50,999 bases of DNA, from NCBI GenBank assembly GCA_002269645.1, contig NIVC01004308.1, forward strand, positions 1 through 50,999. Direction: 5' to 3'. Source of the stretch: Macrostomum lignano (lineage: Eukaryota). The notes under the pieces were generated by a model. The model was not told the origin of the DNA. It worked only from the letters and a program-made list of their open reading frames with translations, and ran no database searches. Positions 39,788-50,999 of this stretch are shown piece by piece (the first letter of the stretch is position 1; each line of letters begins with the position of its first letter). The position numbers and the translations under genes are program-made.

Positions 39788-40012
39788 ATGAACTATTATT
39801 CTATAACAGAAACGACATTTATTGTGAAAAATATATATAAAAAAATGAAGGTAAATTACTCCTACATCGGAAATGTGCCGATTAATGAACTTAATGAAAA
39901 TTTAAGTTTGATAACAGTTGAACAAATGTCAATAATAATATTAGTAACAATAATAGTAATAATATTGTTTTTGTTTGTAATAAAAAATTTACTACCATGT
40001 TGTCTTAAGTAA
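39788..40012 (+). CDS. Small single-TM viral protein (copy 2)
   Basis: Homologue of 12763..12987. Confidence 0.6.
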   Translation: MNYYSITETTFIVKNIYKKMKVNYSYIGNVPINELNENLSLITVEQMSIIILVTIIVIILFLFVIKNLLPCCLK

Positions 40013-40022
40013 CTGTTTGAAC

Positions 40023-41633
40023 TTAGTTCGCAGACATTATCTGGTTCTCATAAAAAGAACCCAATATTTCTTCACCGTCCTTATCAGCAATTATATAGGT
40101 TGTAGGATTGGTATTTAAAACTTTACTGATAGTAAATTTCTCACTTATCTTCCAATATCCTTTTCTTCCTTTTTCAAACTTATCTTTCCATTTATAGATA
40201 TAAACAGAATCACCAACCTTAAAAGATTTCTTTTTATTTTTTTCAAATTTTCCAAAAGTAACTTTAACGTTTTCAGGATTGTTATAAGCTTGTTGAGGAG
40301 TCATCTTTATCGCCGAATGATATGAATTGTTATAATCTTTCACTACGTCTGGTAATATTTTTACCCACTTTTGGTTACCATTAAGACTAAACTGAAACCA
40401 TAATTTCTTACCTAAAGTTCTATTAAATCTTTCTATTAATGCGTTTTTACTCTCTCCATAAATAGAATAAATTTTATTAATATACTCCCCATTCGCGTCT
40501 TTTTTCCTTTCTTGTCCTTTTTCAAAATGATATAATTTATACATATGAGGATTGTAAAATTCTTTTCCTTCGTCAACACACAAACGTTCGCTTTTTTCTC
40601 CAAGACTTCTAAAAGCAGCAGCAACATCCTCTCCTTTTTTGGATTTCAAAGGAACAGCCCACGCGTATCGAGTAAAACCATCTAATATGGTTAAGATATA
40701 TTTATATCCTCTTTCGTTCGGCATCGACATTAAATCAGCATACCAAATTTCATTCTTTTTGAAGTTCATGATTTTTCTATAAAATTTCGGTTTTCGATAT
40801 TCTTTATGAAGAATCTTTGCCTCATCAGAACTTAACCCACCACCACTTAACAACAAACACTCAACACAATTATTTCCATGTTGATTATAATTAATTCCCA
40901 AACCAAATTTAACTTTAGACTGCAAGATCTTTTTAACCATCCACCTAGTTAATTTTTGACCTACCGATAATCCCTGCAAGTTATCTAATCCTTGAATCAT
41001 TTTTTGATCGGCTTCATGTTTTAATCTTAATGCTTCCTCGGGCGGGTTCTTGTCAGCATCTCTATATGCTAAGTCGTGATAGTATGCTAACCAATCAATC
41101 CCATTTATTGGAATTGAATCAGATTTTGGAGTATTGTCAGGATTTAATCTCAAATCTAAGCGAGTGCCGGGTAGTTTACCCTCAATCTTTCGAAAGAGGC
41201 TGGAGCACACCTTAAGCGGCGATAATTACCGCCCATCTCCGTCTGCTCTCTGAACCTTCTCCTTATATTTAAAATACTTAGGAGCTTGGCTGCGCATTGC
41301 CACCGTGTCTTCAAGCTTTTTACCTTTGGGAAGAGGAGTTACCTCTGTTCCTTCAAAAGATTTCTCAATTGAAGTGGTACTTGAAGCTGTATGACGGGTT
41401 TCACGCAATTTGGAGATGTCGCCACAAATAGTGACTAGCAAGGACATTGCCTTCCTCACTCAGGCCACGGGTTAACCTGTGAAGTTCATTGATGGTAGGT
41501 GTAGCTCACCCGTATACCTCCCAGTAGTAAATATTGGTGGTAAGCTTGTTAATCCTTTTTGAACATCTAAAAATCCTCCTTCAAATACTAATTGATCGAA
41601 CCTGCGGTTCGCGAACTTCGTTCGGTTGCTCAT
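40023..41633 (-). CDS. PLA2-rve integrase fusion (copy 2); exon 1 41633-41475, exon 2 41171-40023, open after splicing
   Basis: AAAAATG MSNRTKF...NFTG | PGTRL...HDLAY...DDE integrase. Confidence 0.9.
41172..41474 (-). ncRNA. Group I intron (IC1-like), copy 2, 303 nt
   Basis: Reverse complement differs from 11301..11603 at one position (CATACTGC vs CATACAGC) by manual comparison. Confidence 0.93.
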
Positions 41634-42182
41634 TTTTAATAGCCTTAAAAATACATGAAAGCACCAATTGTTTCGCAAATTCTTCAATTGTTGGTTGTTT
41701 AACTTTTTTATAGTTATTATCTACGCTAGTTAAGTATCTTTTATTTCTCCAATTTTCAGACTTTTTAATCTGATCATCGTCTTTGTAACTAAATGAAGAA
41801 GCGGGGATGAAATGATCAATATCTAACTTTCCAGTATAATCTTTTGATACATAATAATTTCTTGTGAAATTTAACCAATCAAAAAAGAATTCTTTTGTGC
41901 AACCAAGATATGAGATATAGTCCTTGTCATTAAAATTTTTCAACGCCCAATTTATTCTATTTCTAATTAAAACAATATGTTTGTAATTATCATCAGTGTG
42001 ATACTTATTTTTTCTATATTCATTCCATTTATCTTTATTGTTTTTATCCAAATAGCAGATGAGGTATTATGACAAGATCGACAATCATTTCTAAATTTTT
42101 TTGAATCATTTCTCCAAAAATAAAATTCTTTCGTCATCGGTTTTTCTTGTTTACACTTAGTACAAATCTTATTAGTTTCCAT
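41581..42182 (-). CDS. HNH endonuclease (copy 2), one frameshift near 42045
   Basis: Split over ORFs 41967..42182 and 41581..42051. Confidence 0.78.
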
Positions 42183-42209
42183 TTTATAAAAAATAAATTT
42201 AACAATTAA

Positions 42210-42875
42210 TTAAACACCAGTATGTCCAGCAGCTTTCGCAGCAGCTAAAACAAGTTTTCGTGGTGTTTTAAATCCATCACCAACAGCTGGTTTGTTATTT
42301 ATAGAATTAACAATCCTTTTATACAAGCTGGTATTTTTAACAGCTCCTCCTAACTCATCATAAAAAATTCTAGCACTTATTAATTCATCCCTAGTATATA
42401 AATCAGGGTTAAACTTTACCCTAGGGTTCATAACAATATTATATGCTCCACCCAATTCTCTATATAGTTCATTTCGATTTTTATCAACTCCACCAATTCG
42501 ATAATTATTATTACCTAAATCTGTCGCAGCAATACTAGCTGGTACTCTTGGATATTGTTCCCGATCGCCCCGCTCTGCACGTCTAATCTCTGCAATTCTC
42601 AATTGTGCTTGATCAACATCATAAGCAGGCGGCTCATCCAAAATTTCATCCTCTTTTGGCTCCGTATTTTTAGCAATTTTTTCCAGAAGATCTTTATCTG
42701 TTTTTTCTAGTTCACTAATTTTCCCAGTAATAGGATTAACAAAAGGAGCAGCAAATCTTTCACCCGCTAATTGTATTCCTAACTTTCTTTTTTGTAAATT
42801 TCTAACAAAATCAGAATATCTTTGCTTCTCTTTATAAATCGCTAACTCTCCATCAACGTCCATAAATTGACTCAT
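42210..42875 (-). CDS. Conserved Polinton core/PZ-like protein (copy 2, 221 aa)
   Basis: Homologue of 9865..10535. Confidence 0.6.
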   Translation of the reverse strand: MSQFMDVDGELAIYKEKQRYSDFVRNLQKRKLGIQLAGERFAAPFVNPITGKISELEKTDKDLLEKIAKNTEPKEDEILDEPPAYDVDQAQLRIAEIRRAERGDREQYPRVPASIAATDLGNNNYRIGGVDKNRNELYRELGGAYNIVMNPRVKFNPDLYTRDELISARIFYDELGGAVKNTSLYKRIVNSINNKPAVGDGFKTPRKLVLAAAKAAGHTGV

Positions 42876-42909
42876 TTTTTAACATAAAAAACTTTTTTAA
42901 CTTAAAAAA

Positions 42910-44382
42910 ATGGCTGAAACAAAAACTATGTGGAGTGATAAATTTCATTTCAAAAAGCACCGACAGTATATTAATGAGGTCAGAGCAAGAGATTTAAATT
43001 ATACCCTACCAACAAGTGATAATTCAAATAACTTTACTACTGGAACGGTAACTTTTGACATCGGCGCAACCAACACTATATTGGATATGAAAAATGCGTT
43101 TTTCCGCGTTAGATGGTTGTATACTAGAAATGATGGAACTGCTCTTGCAGCCGGAGATATCGCAGATCGATCCAGAATAATAATAGAAAATGATTGGTTT
43201 TATAAATGTTTTTCCCAAGCTCAACTAACTGTTAATGGTGCTGAGGTTGAGACATCATCAAACCCCGCAGAGATTAATGGAGTTTTGAAACATTTAAATT
43301 ATACTTATTTATCAAAACAAGTTGGTGATAATGTTGGGTGGATGCCGGATAAAGGTAACGGGCAAGCAGTAGTTTTCCCTAATGTACAAAACGCAGCCGG
43401 TGCAGATACTGCAGCGCTAATTGTTTACCTTAATACAAACATAGTTCCAGTTGTAACCACTATGACTAATACAAAAGATATTAATACTGGTTTTATAGAT
43501 CGTCAGAATAAATTCCCAGTCGCGGTTTTAACCACAGCAACAGCATATGAGCAGGACTTTTCAATCTTTCCACTATTTGGGTTTTTCTCACCAAATCGGG
43601 TATGGAAAGGATTAAAATTTGGGATACAGTTGCAAATATCTGGTGGATATCAGCCTAGGATACTTTATGGAACCTCAATTTCAACCGATATAGCAGTTCG
43701 TATAGATTCAATTCAATTAGTCGTACCAACTATTGAGGTAACAGCCCCACTTTTAAAACACATCGATAATCAGTTAACGCATGATCAGGAAATATTTTAT
43801 TTGAATCGTCGACATTTTATGCGAACCATTAATAATAACCAGGATTCATTCCAGTGGCAAATACTGACATCAAAACGTCGGGTGAGATATATTTTTGTTT
43901 GGTTTAAGATAACAAATAGAAGGAGTAAAAGAGCAAATGGGGATTTATATTGGCTTCAATCCGGTGCCATAGCAGAACAAGCAGCCACCGCAACAGACAA
44001 TGCGGCTGCAGCTATTAACGAGTTTAATGTTCAGAATATCCGCCTGCAGGTTGATGATCAATATTATCCGGTTAAAGACCCCCTAAATTTAAATATAGCA
44101 AATAATAATGTTAATGATTTTATAAAATATTATCAAGATTATGCTAAAAATGAAGCGTATGCCGTCCCTCAGTACACACCCACAGAGTTTCTAAACATTC
44201 ATCCAGTGGTTGTTTATGATCTAACGGCACAGAAAGAAAACGTAGCCAATATTGGACTTAATTATATGTTAGAGATTAATAAAACCGGTAATCAGGCACT
44301 TGACGCCCACGTATTGTTTCTAGAGGAATATATGTCAATTGCTAAAGCTGATGGCACGATTGTTCGGGACGCCCCGCTGTAA
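42910..44382 (+). CDS. Major capsid protein (copy 2)
   Basis: Near-identical to 8358..9830. Confidence 0.85.
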   Translation: MAETKTMWSDKFHFKKHRQYINEVRARDLNYTLPTSDNSNNFTTGTVTFDIGATNTILDMKNAFFRVRWLYTRNDGTALAAGDIADRSRIIIENDWFYKCFSQAQLTVNGAEVETSSNPAEINGVLKHLNYTYLSKQVGDNVGWMPDKGNGQAVVFPNVQNAAGADTAALIVYLNTNIVPVVTTMTNTKDINTGFIDRQNKFPVAVLTTATAYEQDFSIFPLFGFFSPNRVWKGLKFGIQLQISGGYQPRILYGTSISTDIAVRIDSIQLVVPTIEVTAPLLKHIDNQLTHDQEIFYLNRRHFMRTINNNQDSFQWQILTSKRRVRYIFVWFKITNRRSKRANGDLYWLQSGAIAEQAATATDNAAAAINEFNVQNIRLQVDDQYYPVKDPLNLNIANNNVNDFIKYYQDYAKNEAYAVPQYTPTEFLNIHPVVVYDLTAQKENVANIGLNYMLEINKTGNQALDAHVLFLEEYMSIAKADGTIVRDAPL

Positions 44383-44431
44383 GCGGCGCAGGTCTCCGAC
44401 CGTCGCGCCTATTTAAATTATTTCTTTAAAA

Positions 44432-45190
44432 ATGGTAAAGCAAAACACGATAAGATATTTCCAAATGATCCTTTTCTTTGTTTAGTAATCGGAGGATCAG
44501 GTAAAGGAAAAACACACTTTGTTTACGATTTATTAACAACAGATGGAATGTTAGACTATAATAATTTAATAATTTATACTAATAAACCTAGAATAAAATA
44601 TTATGAATTTCTTAAACATGGATTAAAAAACAAATTAAAAAAAGATGTCTTGTTTAGAATGTTAAGAGCATATGAGCAATATGAGGATGATGACGAACCG
44701 CGATTTAATCTAGCAGACATTGAGGATTTATGTAAAACAATGGCACAACAGCCAGAAAACATCACCGATCGCGCCCCAACTGTTAGAGTATCAACCCGAT
44801 TAGCCTATGATCAAATTCCAAAACATGATAAAACACTAATTATTTTTGATGATTGTATTAATGACGGTGATCAAGAATTGCAAAAGGAAATTTTTGTTAG
44901 TGGTAGAGGAGATGGAATCGGAGCTTTTTATCTAACACAGTCTTTTAGAGAATTAGAATCGATTATAAAAAAGAATGCAAGTTGTTGTGTAATGTTTGAT
45001 TTAGATAATTATGATTTACAAAATATTCACGCGAGATTTAATCCCGGATTGGATGCAAAACCATTTAAAAGTATGTGTAAAAAAATTTGGGATGATAGCC
45101 AATACAAACATATTTATATCAATCCGAGGTTAGAAAGGAAAAATCGAATTTAAAAGATTTATAAAAGAAGACGATGAGGAAGAAGAATAA
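44432..45190 (+). CDS. A32 packaging ATPase (copy 2), frameshifts near both ends
   Basis: GGSGKGKT, IIFDDC; lacks the 30-nt insert of copy 1. Confidence 0.88.
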
Positions 45191-45204
45191 TTCCCACTAT
45201 AAAA

Positions 45205-45990
45205 ATGGCTACAAATTTAAATACTATAAAACAATTGGTAGATCGAACTAATTCAAAATTTAGTACAACATTACAGTTTATAATGACAACCAGCGAGCAA
45301 CGGATTCAATTGCGCGATCCATTACAACTTGATCAAAGCCTAAGTTATCAAATAGGTTTAATACTATTTTCGGTTTTCAACATGCCTCAATTAATTAATG
45401 CAACAAATAATCAATTTAGATATTCTAAAGATTCCGGAGCCAATTGGACAACATTTAGCGTTAACCCAGGAGCGTATAGCTATACTGATTTGAATGCTTA
45501 TATAGAAGGAGAATTAACAACTAATGGTGATTGGGTAGCAGGAGCAATTGTTATAGGTGTTGATTTACCGTCTGGCAGATTCACACTATCACTAGGATCC
45601 GGATATCAGGTTGATTTCACAATTGCAAATTCACTCAGAACCATACTTGGATTTAATTCCCGAATAGTTACCACATCAAGCACCGGTGATACAGTTGGAA
45701 ATATAGAGGGTGGAGTAAATACAATTAATATAACAACCGACATTTCAAACGGTGGTTATATAACAGACGATAACGGAGTTTTGGTTCAACGTGGAATTAT
45801 TTATTCAATCCCATTTCTTGCTGTTCCAATTGGAGAGAAAATGATTGTATCACCTCAAACCCCAATATATTACCCATTAAATCAATATAATGTTCAATCA
45901 ATTTATATTAGGATTGTAGATGAAAGCGATAGATTAATAAGTTTTGGTGGGCAATCAATAACAATAATTTTACGTATAAAACAGGTTTGA
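45205..45990 (+). CDS. Minor capsid protein (copy 2)
   Basis: Homologue of 6621..7406. Confidence 0.85.
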   Translation: MATNLNTIKQLVDRTNSKFSTTLQFIMTTSEQRIQLRDPLQLDQSLSYQIGLILFSVFNMPQLINATNNQFRYSKDSGANWTTFSVNPGAYSYTDLNAYIEGELTTNGDWVAGAIVIGVDLPSGRFTLSLGSGYQVDFTIANSLRTILGFNSRIVTTSSTGDTVGNIEGGVNTINITTDISNGGYITDDNGVLVQRGIIYSIPFLAVPIGEKMIVSPQTPIYYPLNQYNVQSIYIRIVDESDRLISFGGQSITIILRIKQV

Positions 45991-46198
45991 TCGAACCTTT
46001 GGTGTCGTAAAAATGGGTAATAATAATAATAATAATAATTAATAAAAAAACAATCAGAAAAAGTTAAAAAAGCTGAAGATAATTACGAACTAGAACTAGC
46101 AAAATTAAGGCAGTTACAAGCTGATAAAATAAGAAAGGAATTGTTAAAACCCACACCTACGAAACTAACTAAAACCAAGAGTTTTTCAGGAACATAAA

Positions 46199-46660
46199 AT
46201 GACCATGACGTGGGATGATTTTAAACAAAGATATGGAACGGACACAACAAGCAATATCGAATTAACAAATTGGGCGAGGCAGTTAAAAATAAAACCATTC
46301 AGATGTGTTATGCGAGATGAGATAAAAGACTTACCAAATATGGATGTTTCATTGTTAATATTGAAACAACAAAAGAAAATGGTGTTCATTGGTCAGCAGT
46401 TTATTCAAAACCAAAACTTGTTTATTTTTTTGATTCATACGCGCTTCCTCCGTTACAGGAAATAAAAGATAAATTTAATCATACTAAAAATCGTTTATGT
46501 GGAGATCATCACGAACAATTTCAAACATTTGATAAAAGTTATTGCGGGCAAGCGCGTTGTATTTTTTATATAAAATTAATAACTCGAAGGAAACCCGAAG
46601 ATTTAGTATCATGCAAAGCATGCGTGCCGATGGCACGATTTTAGACTCTATAAAATAGAC
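46199..46660 (+). CDS. Adenain-like protease (copy 2), frameshifted at sites different from copy 1
   Basis: VHWSAV, YFFDSY, YCGQ in shifting frames. Confidence 0.8.
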
Positions 46661-46668
46661 AGTAAAAA

Positions 46669-48715
46669 ATGTTATTTTCTGGAACACCCTCATGGAACGG
46701 AACAACAAGTAGTGGTGGTGGTGGCACATCTGGTGGAATAAGTGTTACATTTGGAGATAATCGATATATTAATGAAGATGAAGGTTATAAAAAAACTGAA
46801 ATTGATAATAAATTAAATTTAAAAAGAAATGTTGCAGATTCCTATACTAAAACTCAAATAGATGATTCACTAAATCTGAAACGGAACGTAGCCGATTCCT
46901 ATACCAAAACCGAAGTTGATAATTCATTAAATTTAAAACGCAATACAGCCGATTCTATACCAAAACCGAAGTTGATAATTCATTAAATTTGAAACGGAAC
47001 GTAGCCGATTCTTATACAAAAACCGAAGTTGATAATTCATTAAATTTGAAACGGAACGTAGCCGATTCTTATACCAAAACCGAAGTTGATAATGGATTAA
47101 ATTTAAAAAGAGATGTAACTGATTCTTATTCTCGAACTGATTCTGATTCACGTTATGTTCAAACCACCGCAACCGGAAACCTAGATATGAGCAACAACCG
47201 AATTATAAATGTTTCAATTACAACTAGTGATTCAGTGGTTGATAAGAACTATGTCGATAATCAAGTTGCCACTCGTAGTGGTAATATTAATATGAATAAT
47301 TTTAAATTAACAAATTTATTATTTGGAACAGAGAACGCAGACTCGATAACTCTAGGCCAAGTAAACGAGCGAGCTAATGCAACCGACGCCGATATTTTTA
47401 CCACGCCGCTTACATCAAATACTTCAAATCCTGATGTTGTTCTTACAGCATCTGAAAATGGCAACACAGCTTTTCGAGTTGGAGATGGAAGCCTTGCGAC
47501 ACAATGGTCACCAAATACCGGAACCACAACCAATATGGAAATTCAATTTGAATTTTTAGGTTATAATAGAAGAATATTTGAATTAAGAATTACAGGCAGT
47601 GAAACAATTGAGATACCCTCGGGGTGGTCGGTTCGCGCAAAAAATGTTGCTACCGATTCATGGACGACATTAACTACGTCGGGATCACCAGTTCAAGCAA
47701 CATCATTTGCTCTATCTAATTTAACGACTAATTTTTGGAAATATTATAGCGTATTCTTCCCAACTGGTGGTACCGGTACACAACCTATCGAGGTTCGTCA
47801 AATACAATTATTTGAACACCGTGTTGAAATTCAAGATCTTAATTGGCCAACTCAAATACTTTCTGCAGTTCCGCGAGCGTACGTAGATCAGCTAGCTACT
47901 CCAACATCAAATGGTAGAATGTCTGGAAGCGATAAAAATAAATTGGATGGAATACCTGCTATTGATGCGGCCTTGTTCGAACCAGTAATTTGCAATTGGT
48001 CTGGATATCAAAATCCAACAACCGCCGGAGATATATATCCAGTCGGTTCTTTAATTGGTGACGCTTCTTATATCGATTATCAAAATGGAGCTAGAATTAC
48101 TCGTGAAACCGCAGGTGTAAGTGGGGCTTTACAATTTAATTTCACACATTTTCAAAATATATCTGCGTCTTTCTTTTCCGAGTTGCTAATTCTACAGGAG
48201 ATGGTGCAGATGCGGTTTGGTTTTATGCATATTGTCACGAACGTCCAACATCGGAATTTGGAACTGGATTATCAACCGACGCCGGGCTGATAGTGTTTGC
48301 TAGTGAGTGGACTGATAGGTTTGGAGTTGTTTGGAGTAATAAAAAATCAGACGGATCTACGGTTCGTAACGATGTTAGTAGTGATGCGGATCAAACTGTA
48401 GCCTATGCTAATATTGATAACGGCGATTGGCATTTATTTGAAGTTAATATTTTAAATCAAAGGGTTTGGTACCGATTACAGTCATACAATGTTGCTGGTG
48501 ATTCTTTTACCCTCATTGGACAGAACGTTTTCACATATGATAGTGGAACTTGGGGAACTTTAGATAAATCTGGAACCCTTATGGGTTTTGGTGCTCGAAC
48601 TGGTGGAGCGGATGCTGCACATTTTATTCGTGGTGCAGTTGTATGTGGTAGTACGTCGTTTGGTTATGTTTTTCCCTCTACTGCTTATTTGGAAAAACCT
48701 CCTACTCAAATATAA
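46669..48715 (+). CDS. Fibre/receptor-binding protein (copy 2), frameshifted
   Basis: Split over ORFs 46669..46986, 46989..48290, 48293..48715. Confidence 0.7.
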
Positions 48716-49058
48716 AATATTTATATATAAAATATTTCTATATAAAATGGCTTTTAGTAGAACTCCATCGATGCGGCAAAATAATGTTATTATTCCTATT
48801 CCTAAACAAGAATCAAATATAAAAACATTCAAATCTCATACCAAATTTTTATTTAGTACTGTAAATGTTCAGGATAATAAGAAGCTTCAAGAATTAATTA
48901 AGTTATTAAAAAATCATATTATACTTCAAGAGTTTTGGAAAATAGGATTTAAATGGGAGAAAAAAGAAAGAATAACTCCAATACAATACCTATTGAGCTC
49001 GGGACAAATCCCCAAAGAGCGCGGGAATTCATTTTGGTGCTATTAAAAATAGACGAGA

Positions 49059-49697
49059 ATGTCGGTATCTGAAGCAGATAAATGGGAACGCGACCGGTTC
49101 AACCAACGTAAAGGCCAGATGTTAAGTAATGTTGATCGTATTAACTATGATTATGATTTATATGCTAAAAAAGTAAGAAGAGTTTCAAACCATATAAGAA
49201 ATATGGACTTTTTCAATATTGGATTTGGAAGCTTATCAATGTTATGTGTAATCGTTTTAGGTATTTTACAATCTATTCCAACTCTTAATTTATCTCAATT
49301 ATTTTTAGGTATTTCAATTGGCTCAATATCAGGTTTTGAATTGATCAGGAACTTATCAATACTTTTAGCAATTAAATTATATCTTAAAAAAAGAAAGGAA
49401 AAATATAAATCTTTAAGAGATGTTGCAAAACAATATAAAAATCAATTATATTTATATGTGCAAAAAATATTGGATGACGGAGAGATAACGATTCATGAAT
49501 TATCAACCGCGGTTGAATTATATGAAAAATATTTAAAAGATAGAAATAGAATTTTAGATGTTGAAACTTTTACCGATATGGAATTAAAAGAGTTGAGACT
49601 CGATAAACCCAAAGCTCCACCGATAGAAACATTAGGTATTTACGAACCTGAAACTATTGCTACTGGGGCACAAAGCCCGCGGTCAGGAAGTGCGTAG
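49059..49697 (+). CDS. GasderminX-like 2-TM protein (copy 2, 212 aa)
   Basis: Homologue of 2746..3573. Confidence 0.55.
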   Translation: MSVSEADKWERDRFNQRKGQMLSNVDRINYDYDLYAKKVRRVSNHIRNMDFFNIGFGSLSMLCVIVLGILQSIPTLNLSQLFLGISIGSISGFELIRNLSILLAIKLYLKKRKEKYKSLRDVAKQYKNQLYLYVQKILDDGEITIHELSTAVELYEKYLKDRNRILDVETFTDMELKELRLDKPKAPPIETLGIYEPETIATGAQSPRSGSA

Positions 49698-50194
49698 AAC
49701 TTCAGGTTGTTTAGTTTTTCTAATGCATATGTTATATATTCTTCCCAAAGTGGTAACTCTCTTCTGATCCTAGGTTTAAATTTTTTATCAATACATAAAA
49801 ATTCCAATGACTTTTTCAATAACATTTCGTTAGGTATGTTACCTATCCTTATAAACTTTGTATTCTCTCGAATAAGAAAATTGAAATAATATCCAACTAA
49901 AATTAAAATCCTTTCAGAGTCTTTCGAACTTAATCCCTTTCCTTTATTTAAATGGAAAAAGTTATTATATAAATAAACATTATTTCCGGGAATTAAAATT
50001 GGATCAGAAATGTCTCTTGTAAGATTTCTTAAAATTGTGTTTTTAAAATAGTAATATGAGTTTTCAATCTTTTTTGTTTTTTCAAATTGATATATTTTAG
50101 AACATGAATAACACATATGATATATATCTCCGTTTGCTGTTTGCCCTCTGTGCATAGTCACATTACATTTATTACAAACATAAATGTCTTTCAT
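49640..50194 (-). CDS. Zinc-ribbon hypothetical protein (copy 2)
   Basis: Homologue of 2441..2992. Confidence 0.65.
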   Translation of the reverse strand: MKDIYVCNKCNVTMHRGQTANGDIYHMCYSCSKIYQFEKTKKIENSYYYFKNTILRNLTRDISDPILIPGNNVYLYNNFFHLNKGKGLSSKDSERILILVGYYFNFLIRENTKFIRIGNIPNEMLLKKSLEFLCIDKKFKPRIRRELPLWEEYITYALEKLNNLKFYALPDRGLCAPVAIVSGS

Positions 50195-50221
50195 TTTTTT
50201 TGTTATTTTTTTAGATTAAAA

Positions 50222-50554
50222 ATGGAGAGCTGGTTCAAAACCGATTCTAATGTGATTAATTATCTCACACCCAATATGTTGGAGAATAAAGAATATAATA
50301 TTATATGTTTGAGACAGGTTAAATTTATTGGGCTTCAATCAATATTTTTACAATTAGATGGGCAAAAAATTTTATGTCTAAGCGGAGATGATGTTAAAAA
50401 TTTTCCTGTTTTAGTTATTAATAAACCTAAAGCGTTTGTTATGAAATACTGCAACGAGGGTGGATTGCAATTTAAACTAAAACAAACAAATAATAAAAAG
50501 AGTGATAGGACTGTAAAATTGGCGGCTGTTTGGGAGGATGACGACGAAGACTAA
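50222..50554 (+). CDS. Hypothetical viral protein (copy 2)
   Basis: Homologue of 2082..2414. Confidence 0.65.
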   Translation: MESWFKTDSNVINYLTPNMLENKEYNIICLRQVKFIGLQSIFLQLDGQKILCLSGDDVKNFPVLVINKPKAFVMKYCNEGGLQFKLKQTNNKKSDRTVKLAAVWEDDDED

Positions 50555-50569
50555 ATTTTTTATAAGAAA

Positions 50570-50923
50570 ATGGATACGATAAAAATCCTTATCACTAAAG
50601 AGCGTGAACTTAATGATATTAATAAAAAAATAAATATAATTATATCTCAGAAATATCATGAGTATGGGGACGATATGTTTCCCATCCGATATGAGATAGA
50701 TAAAAGAAAACGTTTTTTAAGACAAGATATTGTTTATGCTGAAATAGTAATTGAAATTGAAATAGATAGATTGGTTAGAAAAATAAAAAAACTTAGGAAA
50801 AAAATAAAGGATTGTTTAAGTTACCCTGCCGACTGTGAGGATAATTGGTGCTCAATAATATATGAAATTGAAGTTAATGATTTGCTCAAACAATTACATG
50901 CTTATTTTTTACAGACCCGATAA
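50570..50923 (+). CDS. Hypothetical basic viral protein (copy 2)
   Basis: Homologue of 1773..2066. Confidence 0.6.
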   Translation: MDTIKILITKERELNDINKKINIIISQKYHEYGDDMFPIRYEIDKRKRFLRQDIVYAEIVIEIEIDRLVRKIKKLRKKIKDCLSYPADCEDNWCSIIYEIEVNDLLKQLHAYFLQTR

Positions 50924-50999
50924 GTAATTTTCTGTTAATCTCTTCCAGTTATTCAAGACTTTCCTTATTTAATTTTTTAAGTTCTTTTGGAAATGTTGA
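50902..50999 (-). CDS. C-terminal tail of pPolB (copy 2), runs out of window
   Basis: Reverse complement of copy-1 PolB end (STFPKELKKLN...KLLIG). Confidence 0.8.

Larger units (their letters stand above)
39132..50999. mobile_element. Polinton/Maverick copy 2, inverted relative to copy 1; far end outside window
   Basis: Starts AGTAGTATAGAAAAAGACGC; same gene order in reverse complement; proteins mostly near-identical to copy 1. Confidence 0.96.

Overview
Eukaryotic (metazoan) genomic DNA with spliceosomal-intron genes, flanked by two near-identical Polinton/Maverick (adintovirus-like) endogenous DNA viruses in inverted orientation. Copy 1 spans 1..13643 and copy 2 spans 39132..50999; both are cut by the window edge, and their integrase-side ends face each other across about 25.5 kb of host DNA. 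Each copy encodes protein-primed PolB (only the tail in copy 2), a 2-TM GasderminX-like protein, a repeat/lectin fibre, an adenain-type protease, minor and major capsid proteins, an A32 packaging ATPase, an HNH nuclease and a PLA2-rve integrase fusion. The host interval holds the 3' exons of TMEM41A, a complete Nemo-like kinase gene, a PTB-like gene, the last two exons of an unidentified gene, many minisatellites and small DNA-transposon remnants. Main discovery: both viral copies carry a complete 303-nt IC1-type group I self-splicing intron, inserted in the NFTG|PGT calcium-loop motif of the PLA2-integrase gene. It has a covarying non-canonical P7 and apparently ends in A rather than the usual omega-G, and a free-standing HNH endonuclease lies directly upstream. 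The virus also carries a family of 30-nt (26 nt + GATC) double-hairpin inserts with variable but self-complementary stems, some in frame inside PolB and the ATPase and polymorphic between copies. The visible terminus is a ~270-bp internal fold-back. The host resembles repeat-rich flatworm (Macrostomum-like) assemblies, but that cannot be shown from sequence alone. All pairings and alignments were done by eye; no database searches were run.
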